Assembly: GCA_964252035.1 (NCBI GenBank) | Contig: OZ176200.1 | DNA length: 64,000 bases | From: Podarcis erhardii | Lineage: Eukaryota | Reading direction: 5' to 3' (one strand) | Part shown: piece by piece, positions 31,001 through 43,100 of the stretch | How the letters are laid out: each line of letters starts with the position of its first letter | How positions within the stretch are numbered: position 1 is the stretch's first letter | Made by a program: the position numbers and the translations under genes | Notes under the pieces: generated by a model | What the model saw: the letters and a program-made list of their open reading frames with translations, nothing else | What the model was told of the DNA's origin: nothing | Database searches by the model: none

Positions 31001-33851
31001 AAGAAAGAAGATGCATTTCTCCTCTGTTGTCTCAGCCACATGAGTGAAAATGTCTTCTAATATGGGACTTGCAATATACAGTAATATGCATAAATATATT
31101 TATTTTTAATGATGATTTCCCCCCTTTCAGAATTTTTTTATTTCCTCATTTACATAGAACAAATCAATTAATTAACTAAACATGTCCAACACACACTACT
31201 ATGTCTACTCAGAAGCAAATCCTATGGAATTCAATGGAGTTTACTCCCAGGTGAGACAGTTTAGGATTAGAGAAACAATCCTACTTTTCAACATCAGCAA
31301 GAAAGACTAATGTGAAGGAAACGCTCCCTGGGCTTAGATAAACTGTCTGTTGTTTTCAGTGCCTAAGAGCAAGGAATTCTCCTTGCACAATGTAATGCTT
31401 TCTCCCTCTCCTCCCCTTTGCACACCCCCTAAATCTGTTCTGGGTGTTCCCCTCAACCCTCTGGATCAGATTCGGGGAGGGAATCCTATTGCACTAGCAC
31501 AAGTATTTGGCTGATTCCCGCCTGTCACATATCTTATATCACAGATTCTGGGATTCCTGTGTTCAAAGGGCTAAACCCTGATTCATACTAAGCCCTGAAA
31601 GACACCCTGAGTATTAGCCCATCAGTGACAGTCATGCCGGAGAGATTCCACCCAACTGAGCCTCCCACCTGTCACCCTTTGCACTGCAGCACCTTCTAAC
31701 TTTCCTCTACCAGACTCTTCCGCTGATGCCACCTCTGCCTTGAGATTACAGAAGCTCACTAGACTCCAGAGAGCCCCTCAAGGCTGTAGGGATGGAGTTT
31801 TCCCCAGCGCATCCCAGGATCAGGAGGGAACTGGAGATGCCCCTCCAGCAGTAGATCCTCTCTCTTGGCTATCCCAAATTCTCCAAGTAACCCCTGCAGG
31901 CTGGTCTCAGGATGCCACTGCATACAGGACTGACACAAACACTGAGCTAGGGACAGCTTCACACACAACTCGCTGATGGAAAGAAGACACTGTTGGAGCC
32001 TTGAAAGTCCCAACTGCACTTGCCAATAGCAGTTATAAAAGCATGTGTGTGGAAGGCAGAGGAGATGAGAACAGGAGCATATGTGAAAGGAGGATGCTGG
32101 AGAAGCCAGGCAGCCTTCCTTCCAGATTTCACTGGCTCATAAGATCAGAGGGAACCCAAAGACCAGTCCGTAGTAAGCAGGTGCTCCTCACATCTCACAC
32201 CAAACCCCCTACCCTGCTTTTAGCTCCTACCATGGAAATCAGTGTCTGGCAAAGAAGAAGAGCCAGGATTACTGCAGAGCAGGCAACTAAATCCCTCAAG
32301 CAACTGAGACAAGTCACAAGGTGGAGACCCCAAATCACTCCTCAGTCTTATCTGGGAGGACATCATCTTGCAACCCCAAACATTGCTCCTACACAGCGGA
32401 ATGTCTCTCCCTCTGCCATACCTGAAGTATCATCCATCAGTTGATATTCTTGAAAAGGCGCATCTTTTGGCTCAAGTGTTTCCTGAATCCCTGATTCTAT
32501 AATGACGGTTTTCCTGCGTTGCTGTTTCTTAATGTTCTATCTGTTTTTAGGATACTGTCTAATTTTCTTTTTTTTGTGGATTTCTGTACACTGTTTAGAG
32601 GTTTTTTTAATATTAAGCAGCCTATAAATGCTTTCAATCAATCAATCAAATATAAAAACTGCTTTTAATTAATTCCAGATTAGCCCATCCTCAGTGGAAA
32701 CTTTATTGGACAGTTTATCTCCCGCCCAACATTCTCTTCCCTGACTTTTAAGATACTGGGGCAAAGGGCACTCTGCCCCAAGCGATGCTGAATAAGAAGC
32801 TACAAAATATCTGAAGAGGTGATCCAGTGCGTGAGGAAGAACACCAGGAGGAGGATTAAGGTGCATAAACACAGTCAGTAATTTTCGTGAGAAAAGAATG
32901 TCCCGAGGATAAGGCGGGTCACAGGGTGCAGCAGTTGGGATACTGAATCTTGGGGAAGGGAAGGGTAGGCGCAAGTGCCTGTTTTGTAAACCAGAGGGGC
33001 ACTGGGCCTCAGATATGACTATATCTCATATCTAACCGCTGTACGTTTATTTTAAACCACCTTCTTTTATGCCGGGTCATCTGATGTGGACGCCTTTACA
33101 GAGCAGAGCAGATGCTGGGGGCGGTTCTGCATATGCGTTCTGCATATGCTTAGGATCAGGCTCCTCTATAGGATTGCTCCTTGTAGTTTAGGGTTGAAAT
33201 GCGGGCAGATCTGAGCACAAATGCCAGATCTGATCTGGGTCCTGGCACCATGGAACGGGAGGAAATAGGAAGCCTGGAATGGGACGGGCGCAAGCCAATA
33301 TGTTCTCTGCTGGGAGTGGTCGTCCACGGGGCGCGCGTGGCCTGAGGATGCGGCATTCACTTACCCACGTAGAGGCTGTCGCGGCTCCGGCACCGGCGCG
33401 GGCTCACGTTGAAGTCGACATAGAAGAGCAGGAGCGGGTGGCCGAAGTTGGCGCCCGGGGTGGGGTCCAGCACGAGGATGGCGTCTTGCGCGGAGGGCGC
33501 GCCGGTGGGGCGCAGCGGGCTGCCGCTCTGGTTGCGGCCGGCCACGAAGGGCGGAGCGCCGGGTCTGTCTCCCCAGCCGTCGGGCAGCAGCGCCCGCACC
33601 TTGTGGCCCGGGCGGGCGGGCTCGGAGACATAGACGGCGGGCCCCGGCCCCTGGGAAAGGCGCGCCAGGCGCTGGCACTGCGGCCGCGGCAAGAGCCCGC
33701 CGCGCTCGGGACACTGCGCCGCCGCCACGTGCCGAAGCGCCGCCGCCGCCCAGCGCGCCACCCGCGCCTCGGAGAAGCGGTTCCCCGACGGGGCGGCCGC
33801 GCACGGCCAAGCGAGGGATGCAGCGGCCAGCGCCAACAGCAGCGGGGCCAT
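23156..33851 (-). CDS. Uncharacterised secreted legumain/peptidase-C13-like (caspase-hemoglobinase fold) protein, probable pseudo-peptidase; 7 exons, 544 aa
   Basis: Minus-strand exons: 33851-33365, 29731-29525, 29382-29212, 28539-28408, 26927-26755, 24846-24580, 23353-23156. Each has a polypyrimidine-AG acceptor and a GT donor, phases 1,1,1,1,0,0 join into 1635 nt with no internal stop. N-terminal signal peptide MAPLLLALAAASLAWPCAAA. HAVLIAGGWQEQVTYPRHAQNLLLFYQMLRRNGFRQEHIKAFF resembles legumain [53 protein letters not shown] and RVLLFLDQSYPG resemble the two catalytic strands DHVFIYFTDHG and KMVFYIEACESG. Exon 1 lies in a CpG island. The gene model is well supported; the fold assignment is by eye. 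The exon-4 donor could instead be at 28426 (same phase). Confidence 0.88.
24362..24513 (+). mobile_element. tRNA-derived SINE (Squam3-like), diverged
   Basis: GGCAGAGCATATGCATGCAGAAGGTAGCAGGTTCGAAACCC..GAGAGCCACTGCCAGAGTAGACAAC..CTGACTC..TTCCTATG. Confidence 0.65.
27769..27913. other. Assembly gap (145 N) in intron 4 of the C13-like gene
   Basis: Run of N. Confidence 1.
27982..28040. repeat. (CT)n(GT)n compound microsatellite
   Basis: Direct reading. Confidence 0.9.
28681..28854 (+). mobile_element. tRNA-derived SINE (Squam3-like)
   Basis: A-box GCTGTAGCTCAGT, B-box GGTTCAATCC, body CTGAAACCTTGGAGAGCCACTGCC..GGACCAATGG. Related copies at 24362-24513 (+), 44700-44830 (-) and a head at 49632-49657 (-). 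Confidence 0.75.
29775..30318 (-). mobile_element. L2 LINE fragment (RT C-terminus) in intron 1 of the C13-like gene
   Basis: Minus-strand ORFs VHALVISHLDYGN..GLPLK..KLQLIQYAAARLVTG and LTFKALN..GP.YLKERL..QRAFSVVAPALWN..FRRHLKAAL are characteristic of L2 ORF2 ends. Confidence 0.9.
31190..31275. repeat. Old interspersed palindromic reptile repeat
   Basis: ATGTCTACTCAGAAGCAAATCCTATGGAATTCAATGGAGTTTACTCCCAGGTGAG; related to 35050-35110 (GTTTACTCGGAAGTAAGTCCCACTG) and 56545-56580. Confidence 0.5.
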
Positions 33852-34200
33852 GGGGCGGCTGGAGCCCTCGCCGTGCGCCCCGCAGCAGCTCCGCGCGCTC
33901 TGCCCGGCCAGCGGGGCTCCGAGTCCCCGCCCTGCCCCGACAGGAGGAGGAGGAGGAGAGACGGAGGTGGCTGCGGGTGGGGGGAGCCAAGGACTGCGTC
34001 CCTCCCAGCCCCGCGTCCCCTTTTGCTGCTTCCTGGGCAGCTCCTCTTGCCCCACCCTGCTGCCCCTGCTGCTTCTCTCCGACGGGGCGGCTGGTTCCTC
34101 TCCTGTCTGCTCTCCACACGGAGAACGACGAGAATCCACCAGGACAGATTTAGACCCCCCCCCCAAGTTGGGCGCCTGCGGGTCAAGAGGAAGGAGGCAA
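33250..34200. promoter_or_regulatory. CpG island covering exon 1 and promoter of the C13-like gene
   Basis: Very GC- and CpG-rich segment in an otherwise CpG-depleted background; contains the ATG and first donor of the minus-strand gene. Confidence 0.8.
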
Positions 34201-37200
34201 GGAAAGGCATAAGTACTTATTTTTCAGATTTCTAAACTGCCCCAGCCCTGAAAAATGTACAGCAACAATGAAGAAAAGGGCCTCCAAACGTATGCAGAGT
34301 GTGTTTGTCATCATTAACCATCGGTAGGACATGGATGAACACCCATGCGAGTTATCCCGGTCGACCTCTCCCCACACAAAAAGAAGAGTCGATGTAGAAT
34401 CTTACCCAACAATTCCCACCTGGCCCGTTGAATTCTCGAGGGTTTATATCTGAGTAGAAGCGGTAAGGCTTGGGCTGTTACTGTGACTTTCCTGTTTCCC
34501 GTTCCAATTAATGGAAACATCGTTCCAAGGGGCACAGAACTCTTGAGCATAAGCTCAGTGTGCGCACCGCCCTTTCATGCGAAGACTGTCTCCAGCTCAC
34601 ACCCGGAGGGGCGAGACCTTGCGGGTGGGATCCGTGTTACTAACTTCCCTCATATTAAACCTGAATTGAAATAATCCACGTTCACAGCCGGTATATATTG
34701 AACACTGCGCTTCTGAAGGCAACAACGGCCTCTTTCATGAATGAATGAAGGTGAGCATGACTTGGACGGAGGCGCGCCCTGTGCTAGGGAAAACCGAAGT
34801 ATTTGGGTTGCCGAAAGAGCTCTCCCGACTTCATCCCCCGACGCTGTACTGTTCCGTACATTGCTCAGTCCCTCTCTCGCTGTTGTTGCACTCGTGGTTT
34901 TGTTATCTGCAGGCTTAATTGGGAGCTGCGGCTGCGGCTGCCTAAGAGCGTCATGCGCCGACCTGGACGCCCTACGATGGCAGCAATAGAGCCCTCCCTT
35001 CGGTTGCAGGCCCCACGTTGGACGCGTTCTGACCCGTTCCGCACCCTGATAGAGTGCAAACCCACGCGTGTTTACTCGGAAGTAAGTCCCACTGTGTCCC
35101 AAAGAACATCAGTGTGGCAGATAGGGCCGGCCGTGGGGCCAGAGTCCAATGCTTGAGGGGAGGGAGGACAAATGACCATCCCAAGAGTGGCAGATGGGGG
35201 AGCAGCAAATAGGCCTGGCATCAGCATCTTGGACGAAAAGGAGCACGATGGAGCCCAACAGGACTCATGCTGGTTATACTCTCGAACTCAGAACGCAAGG
35301 GAGAAACGTGCTAAGAGGAAGGCAGGCTTGGCAAATCCACACCGTGATCAACTCCCGCCCGGGAACCAATGTCCCGCTGTGGAAGGACGTGTGGGTCCAA
35401 AATTGGCCTCCACAGTCACTTAGGGACTCATGGTTAAAACCGTGTTTATGGAAGACAATCTTACTCGGCTATGAGTGATCGCCAAAGAAAGACAGGATCC
35501 TTTCGTTCTTCATACAGAAAGATAAGGGACTGCAGGCTGGGCATGCACATGATTAAAGATGCTTGGCTCATTATTATTATTCTTTAAAAACACATTATCC
35601 CTTTCTTCAACAAAATGCTACTTATTCATGCATGAATGTGCTTACCATTTGAGAAACAGAAGTGACACCTGTTTTATTCTTGTAGTCATGATAGTGCTAT
35701 GATTTAAGTGAGTTTAAAATGCGAAAAAAATTGAGTTACCAAACTCTCTTGTGTAGGGCGTCCAGGAATGTAGCCATTGTAAAGCATGGAATTAAGAGCA
35801 GTGTGCAAGAGAGGGGGAGAAATGTTTATTTCTGTTGTGACGAGTACATTAACACTTTGTTGCAGCACTGCTGGCTGCTGAGGGGGGCATTAACAAAAGT
35901 AGAACCTCGCTTTCAGAAATTGAAGGTCACCTCCAGAAATCAATAGACCAAGAGCATTTCAGCTGACAGAAAATCACAGCACAAAGGGCAATTAGGATGC
36001 AACAGGGTTGGATTTTTTTAAAGTATCAAACTATTTTTTTGTTGTTGTTTAGAAAAGAACAAGTGCAGCAATGCCTCTGAAGTTAATTGGTCTATTGCAA
36101 AGTGCAATGAACTTTCCTACCACAAATGCAATAAACCACTTAAGTCTCTAAAGTGAGTTGAAGGGTTCCCCCCCCCTCTTTCTTTTCACAGCAAGAGATT
36201 ACCACTGATAACTGATTTATTTCTCTTAGTATTTAAAATAAAGATTAGTGGCTGTTGTTTCTGGTACAACAGAAATCAAATTATTGCTCATTAACTTAAG
36301 CATTGGATTTGAAATGTCCAGTGTTACAGTAATCAGAGTTGACCCTGTCTTCCCTTGATCTTTAATTCTCACCTTGTGATGTTGAGAAACTTGTGTGTGT
36401 TTATAGGCTTATCACCTTCTGCCTCTATTTAAGTAATCTGGGACAGGTGTTGGCCTAGGAAATTAGAACATTTTTGCAACCAACTTGAAAGTCCCTACAA
36501 TTGAGAAGATCTCTGTCTTTACTGTTGGTTCAAGTAGCAATTTTTCACAATGGTTGCTGCTGCTGTTGCCAGCAACATCTTATGACTTGGTCCAGTAAGT
36601 CCAGGAGAGGCCCTGCATTCAGTCACAGAATTCCTGAATGTTCCATTCACAAGTACTGCAGTAATGTGCTGAGAGCTAGATGTCCCAGCAGGCAGAGCCA
36701 GGCTGGACAATGGTCAGGGATGATGGGAACTGTAGTCAATAACATATGGAGGGCTAAATATTATTATAGAATGAACATGCGAGCAGGATTTGAACCATGG
36801 GCAACAGAAGGAGTTAAAGATTATAGTAGTTTTGTTACGGTTCAAGAGACAGAAGACAGTGTAGCAGAGGGAGAGAAACAGAAACACCAGGGAAAAGTGG
36901 GTAGGAAGTTGGGGGGAAAATGGTTTTATTATGTGTTGAAATGCATGTGTGAATTTTTGGAAAACTTCAGAAAAAAAGAACATATGGAGGGCTACAGGTT
37001 ATCTACCTGTGGCGTAGAGCTATAAGGGGAGTCAGATAGGCTTTTGGATGCATAGGGGTCGTCCCCCACTTCATACAGTGAGGGGGCTTTGTAGATAATG
37101 TGATGTATGAATAGTGGTATAAGTGTATCTGGCAGCATTAGGAAGTGCTGCATCAAGTGGCCAAATTGACCCCATTGCAAATATGCACTTAGTGTTCCTT

Positions 37201-38922
37201 TATATACAGCACTGATGATGCACCCGACGTTAGTGTACGAATTGGACACCTCTCAACATTTAGGGCCAAACCTGCACCATTTAAGATGCAGTCAGCCAAA
37301 CACAGCCCATCAACTGCCTACGGCTGCCTCCCAAGTGTTCTGCAGCCTTCCATTTCTCCCATCTCAGGAAGGCAGGAAATACAGATTTCAGTCCTGTGAA
37401 GGTTTGCCTTGGATGGCAGGTGGGCTGGATTCAGCTTGGTGCCTGCCACGTCCTGAAGGCTTGTTTTAGCTCAAGGTCATTTTCCGTTCTCTAGGCAGAT
37501 GCCCTAACTATGCTGCAAATGACAGCTGCTGGGACCATATCCCTGCATCTGCCTGCTCCATCCTTAGATAACATTGCTACGCTATGATAGTTGCTGTAAA
37601 ATATCAAAAAGCTTTTTGTTTAATCATTCCCCATTCCTGGCAATTAAAAATATTGAAAAGCTTTATTTAAATTCAATGTTTTTTATATATATTGGCTAAA
37701 TTAACTTTATTTTAAACAAAAAACTTGAGTTCAAAATAAAAAACTAAAATGTTCAAAGCTTACAACTAAGTTGCACCAAACACAATGGGCCAATCTATCA
37801 TTGCACTATTAAGAATGTTATCTCTGCAAGTGTATCAGCTTGCCAGATGGAATGATCCCCCCTCTCTCACTGTTCTGGGGGTTCTCCTGACCACCTCCAG
37901 TGCCGATTTTTGGAGGCATAGGAAGGGAACCCCATTGCTGAGAACTTCTGTTGAAGCGTTTCACTAGGTAAATCACACCCCCAGAGCTATGTAAGAAAGA
38001 AAACCAAACACAGCTGCCACCTGATACTTCAGGTGCACATCTATGTAGAAAACAAATATAAAAACAAAATATTGCATTATTGTGGGCTTCCTACTGGATC
38101 CAGGGTTATCTAAGGCATGAGGAGCCAAGAGATGCCATCCTAATCATCCACTGAGCCATTTTCCAACTGCATGCTATCCAACTATCTGAGCTATGCAATG
38201 TGTTCAGTTTCAAGTTATGAACATATACAACTCTACCACTGAAAGAGCATTGAGAGCTATTGCCCAAGTCCTGAATGAACCTCATCTTGCCCACTATGAG
38301 CCCTTGCTTATGAAATTTTAGAAGGCCCTTGCAGCCCGATACCATCCATGCCCTTTTGTTCAATTCTAAAATTTTACTTTCAGATCAGCGTGCATCAGCC
38401 TTTAAGCAAAACATCTTCCTTAGTATCCATGCATACAGAGAGAAGAAAAAGAGAGCAAGTCTGGTCTTTCAGCATATAATATTGGGTTGCATGACCAAAG
38501 GATTTGAACTAGGCTTTTAGGTTGCATAAAAGCTCTCTTTCACTGCAAATCAATTGATTTTATTTCTTTTGGCAACCGGATAATGTGCATGCTTGTTCTG
38601 GAAGTGTATGCATTTCAAAATAGAAACTTGATTAAAAAACAAACAACTAGAAAATGTTGTTACCATAAATCATGACTTTAAAATTGCCTGGAGTGAAGTT
38701 AATCCCCCTGGACTAGTCTACACGCTTTGCCATGCTACTCCTGAGCAGCACAGGGGGACAGTATGTTAGAATTGCTATTCCCACTCCCAAATGTTGAGCA
38801 TTTTCTTAGAGAAATCCAAACTCCTTCCCACCCACAACCATCTGGAAAGGATGAACGTATTGTATGCTCTCCAGAAAAACAAAGAACATGAAAGCAAAGG
38901 ACAAGCTGGTTCTATCTGTGAC

Positions 38923-38928
38923 TTTATT
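38923..38928 (-). terminator. Candidate polyadenylation signal (AATAAA) of ZFAND2B
   Basis: Minus-strand AATAAA about 1.25 kb past the stop; further hexamers near 38561 and 37660-37710 are alternatives. Confidence 0.4.
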
Positions 38929-40181
38929 GGCTCCCACCAGCTTTCCCACAATGCCCTGCCTTCACATCTTTCCTCCCACAACACTGGAGGTGATAATAGC
39001 AAAGGCACAGACTGCTGGATGATGCAGTGGCCCCTGCAGAGGGAGGGTCTTTAATAATTGCTGCACAGCATACAGCTGAAGCCCAAGGCTGTAAAAAACA
39101 AACCTTTTTTTATACATCTGGTAGAAGACAGTGCCTGATCAAAGCATGCATCAGACAGAATAAAGACATCCATGTGGTCACTGAGGTATGGGTGCAGCTT
39201 GGGGCCAGCCAGCTTTGCCAACATGCAGTCTAAGAGAAGCTGGCCGTCTACTGGAAGTAGAGATCTCTCTTCCCTAGCATTACAGGGCAGCCGGTGGACG
39301 ATCGGTCGGTCAAGGCTGATCTTTGGCAGACGTTCGGAGAAGGGTGCTGGCAGAAAGAGCCTTAGTCAGGAAACACAGAGAAGGGGAGAATCCTGACACG
39401 CCTTCTCAGCAGGGAAAGGGATTACATGGAACAGGCCCCAGAGATCTCGTCCTTTGCTCGCTGTGACTATCACGAATCCCACCTCTTCCTGGAGGACTTG
39501 GGCGTTGCATTGTGCTTCCCACGATTTGAATGTCCCTGCTGTTGCTTCTGACGCAGCAGCAGTGCCAGTATTTGACAGAGAAACTGTGCAAGAGCAGCTT
39601 TAGAAAGACATCTCCCCACCCACAGCTTCCCCTAAACAGATAGGTAGCAAGAGGAAGCCCAGCAGCACCAAGAATAAGGTGGGGAGAAAGCTATCTACAA
39701 AGCGTTTAGCACCACCTACTGTCCAGCTTGGGACTGCCACAGTGGGGGCCTCTCTTTCAAACTCCCCACAGCTGTAGGACCTTCCCCTACACAGCTGACA
39801 GTTTGAGGTTTAGCCTGACTGATGCCAATGCTGCCAGCCACCCCACTCCCCCTTTGCACTGCTATGGCCTATGCTAGCCACGGCTCTGGTGGAAAGACTG
39901 GGAACCCTACCCCAGGGCTACCACTTGCTCCATCCAGGGGGAGAAATACTGCCAGCTACCCCAGAAGGTGTCTGATGGTCACAGTGCAAGGTGACAACAG
40001 CTGTGTATCAATGAGAGAGAGAGGGAGAGAGGGGGGGGGACTATGAGGACCAGGCAGGGAGTTCAGCCTTTGGTTCATTGTTAGTAGTCCTGAGGGAGCG
40101 GCAGAAGGAGGTAACCCAGGTGGGGACAGAAGAACCATGGTGACCAGGCACGATCCACGTGCTGATAGCGTCTCATTGTGC

Positions 40182-43100
40182 TCAGGACAGACAGCAGTTG
40201 GAGGGCTTTGTGCTTCGAGCCTAGGAGGACACAAATATGCTGAGGGTAAGAACAGCCAGAGAGGGCAGCACATCCTTCCCTCCCTGCCCAACAAGACCGG
40301 ACTGGCCATTTTCTACCAGAAGAATCTTACACCACCCCACATGCACAAAGCACACTGTTTTACATTCTATGATTATATATAAAATGATGATGGTGGGCAT
40401 TATTCTCTCTCTTGTTTTAAGCTGTGAAATCACGTTGTCTAAAACAAATAAACCAAACTTGTATGGATATATTTATTAATGATATTATTTCTAATATATA
40501 TATTAAATGGTTATACTTAATTGTTCACTTGATATTTTGTGAACCGCTTTGGGCACCGTTTTGAGGGCAAGTGGCGTAAATGCAAGCGGATGACGAAAAT
40601 ATATTGCAAGGAGAGAGGGAAAGGGCAATTGTTCTGTAATCCCAATTTGCAAACAGGACTGGTGGTCAAGGGTTAGATTTAAATCTATGTGAAAAAATCT
40701 GCAGTGCACGTCTGCCTGACCCTTTGGGATACCTGCTTCTCCCCAAGCTGGGCAGTGTAGTTAGTTAACCTACTCCTCCCTGCAACTAAAAGCATTTACC
40801 AAACCTAGCAGCATCCAGCCTCCAGAGTTCCATATACAATAAAAGATGATAAGAAAAGATCCGAAAGGCAGCTGATCTGATTTGGGTTCTAGTTGGTTGG
40901 TTTGGCTTTAGACTTCCTTGATGAGATTGTCCTCTTTTACTCACAAGGAAGTAGACTGGCAGAGTCTATGTGCAGGAGGAGGATCAGAAGCGACTTTGTG
41001 AGAATCGCCTCATCTTGCTCACCTGTTGCTGCTGCTGCTGCCGCCGGTATTCCTCCTCGCTGGCCGACAGGGCCCGAGCCAGTGCAAGGTCTTCCTCTTC
41101 CTGGGCGCTGTTTGAGACACAGGACTGGATGAGTCAGACATGCTGCACAAATTAGAATCTGTACCCCCCAGCAATTTCCTGGCACATTCCTCCCAAGATA
41201 GGGAGTGATTTATTTTAACAAGAACTTGCATTCCATTTAAATAATAAAAACCTCCAAGCAGAGGTCAGTATGTTGGTGTGCATATAGTGATCTCACCACA
41301 TTTAGATCTGTATTTAATGCTTTGAGGGCCTAAGCAGCACAGACGTCCATGCTCTGCCTCCACAGTTGCAGGCAGTAATGCTTCTCAATACCACTTACTG
41401 GAAACCACAGGAGGAGAGTGGGGTCAAGCTCAGGTCCTGCTTGCTGGTTTCCCACAGGCACCTGCTGGATTAGATGGGCTATTGGCCTGATCCAGCAGGC
41501 TCTCCTTACACTCAGAGGACTGGAATTGATGTCAACAGTCCTCTGGGCACATGAATGTTAACACAGCCTCCCCCCATCCAACTCCATTCTCTGCCAGAGA
41601 GTCTCCCATATATGCAGATTCCAAGCAGGTAGCCTGGCACAGTGGCGCCAGTAAGATCTTGAAGCCAGCTGATCTCTGCAGGGCTGGCGCAACCGTGCTG
41701 TACCTGCGGGCTTGTGGTTGGGTGGGCACTGCCTCCGCTAGGGACATCTCCAAGGCTCGCTGCAGCGCTTCCTCCTCACTCTGAAACACAAAAGCAGATT
41801 CAGCCTGCTGTGGAGGAGGCTAACAGCCTCAGCAACTTGCAGCTTATAGGTACAGGGCAAAGCATATGCCAAGACCAAACTAAGCTTCCTGATGTATATT
41901 GTACCCTACGAGGTATAGTTTGGTCAGAATTCAGTATACACTTCCAAGTGAACACTAAAAACATTACTTCTGGTAAATGAGCCACCATAGCCCCTAGAGG
42001 GCCATGACTCATCTACCCATCTACTATCAAACCAAAGGGACACATTGGTTGCAAGGTGTGAATTTTCTTTCAGCTCTTCTACCCCACTGTGGAGGTTTTC
42101 ACTAGAGGGAGTTTGGGTGAGGGGAAAGGATTTTTTACCAGCTTTCCCCTTTCCCCTGCAGTCACCAGTACTGTCTTTCCAACCCTCTGGAGCAGACTTT
42201 CTCGAGGCCTAGGGAAAAGGAAGAACTGCAGAAAATCACCTCCCCCACTTCTGACCTTGGGTGCATCCAGTTAGCAGAGTGCCACAGGGGACAAATCTGG
42301 ACCCAGCCCACCCTGTCCCACCACAGCGACCACTCACAGATGCAGATTAAACAAAGGACATGAAGCGATATGTCCACTTGTAAGCTGAGACGAGGCTTAC
42401 CAGGGAAGGCACCCACAAGATAATACATTATTTCTCTCTCTGTTTCCTGACTTCTGGGGTTTCATTTGTAATTCGGCTTAAGATTTTTGTTCTCACTTTT
42501 GAAGCTCTTACTTATTTGCCTCTCCTCCTGATCTGTCTTTGGTTCCCCACTGGATTCCATTCTGAATACTTATCCACGACTCTTCTCCTTGTTACACCCA
42601 GGATTTCTTGTCCCAACTACCACCATCCTTTTTCTCAGGCTTCTTTTTAACACTAGAATGTTTTTTCCTGCAAATATTCATGGTTTGTTGTTTCTTTACA
42701 AATAATAATTTCTTAAAATGCATTTCACCCTTTTCTGCCTGTCAGCTCCAACCCACCCTGCATTTGGGTCCTTTTAAACCTATTTGATTTCTAATATTTC
42801 TAGGTTTATATTCAGGGGGAAAACCCNNNNNNNNNNNNNNNNNNNNNNNNNNNNNNNNNNNNNNNNNNNNNNNNNNNNNNNNNNNNNNNNNNNNNNNNNN
42901 NNNNNNNNNNNNNNNNNNNNNNNNNNNNNNNNNNNNNNNNNNNNNNNNNNNNNNNNNNNNNNNNNNNNNCAAATTCAATGAGGATTTAGGATTGCAGTCT
43001 TAAAACTGTTTTCAGATTACTGTCTTAAACCAGGAAACACACAACTTTGTATTTCTGTCTTATTCCCATTTTTTCCTGCTTAAGACTGCAAGCAGTTTTG

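Noticed and set aside
33852-34166. 105-codon in-frame N-terminal extension of the novel gene
   Set aside because: It starts at TTG with no in-frame ATG and would bury the signal peptide; more likely 5'UTR.
33279-34235. Long ORFs of 250-320 aa in several frames (33279-34235 +, 33361-34119 -, 33404-34210 -)
   Set aside because: They are stop-poor shadows of the very GC-rich CpG island, rich in Arg/Gly/Ala/Pro. Only the frame containing MAPLLL.. has a signal peptide and a phase-compatible donor.
36501-37025. 174-aa ORF with a CCCCC run
   Set aside because: TTG start, no recognisable domain or splice support, and the Cys run comes from a (TGC)n repeat.
40945-40965. Possible 21-nt in-frame ZFAND2B microexon (cacatag/ACTCTG..CTT/gtgagt)
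   Set aside because: The upstream intron would be only 57 nt, below the usual vertebrate minimum, and there is no homology support.
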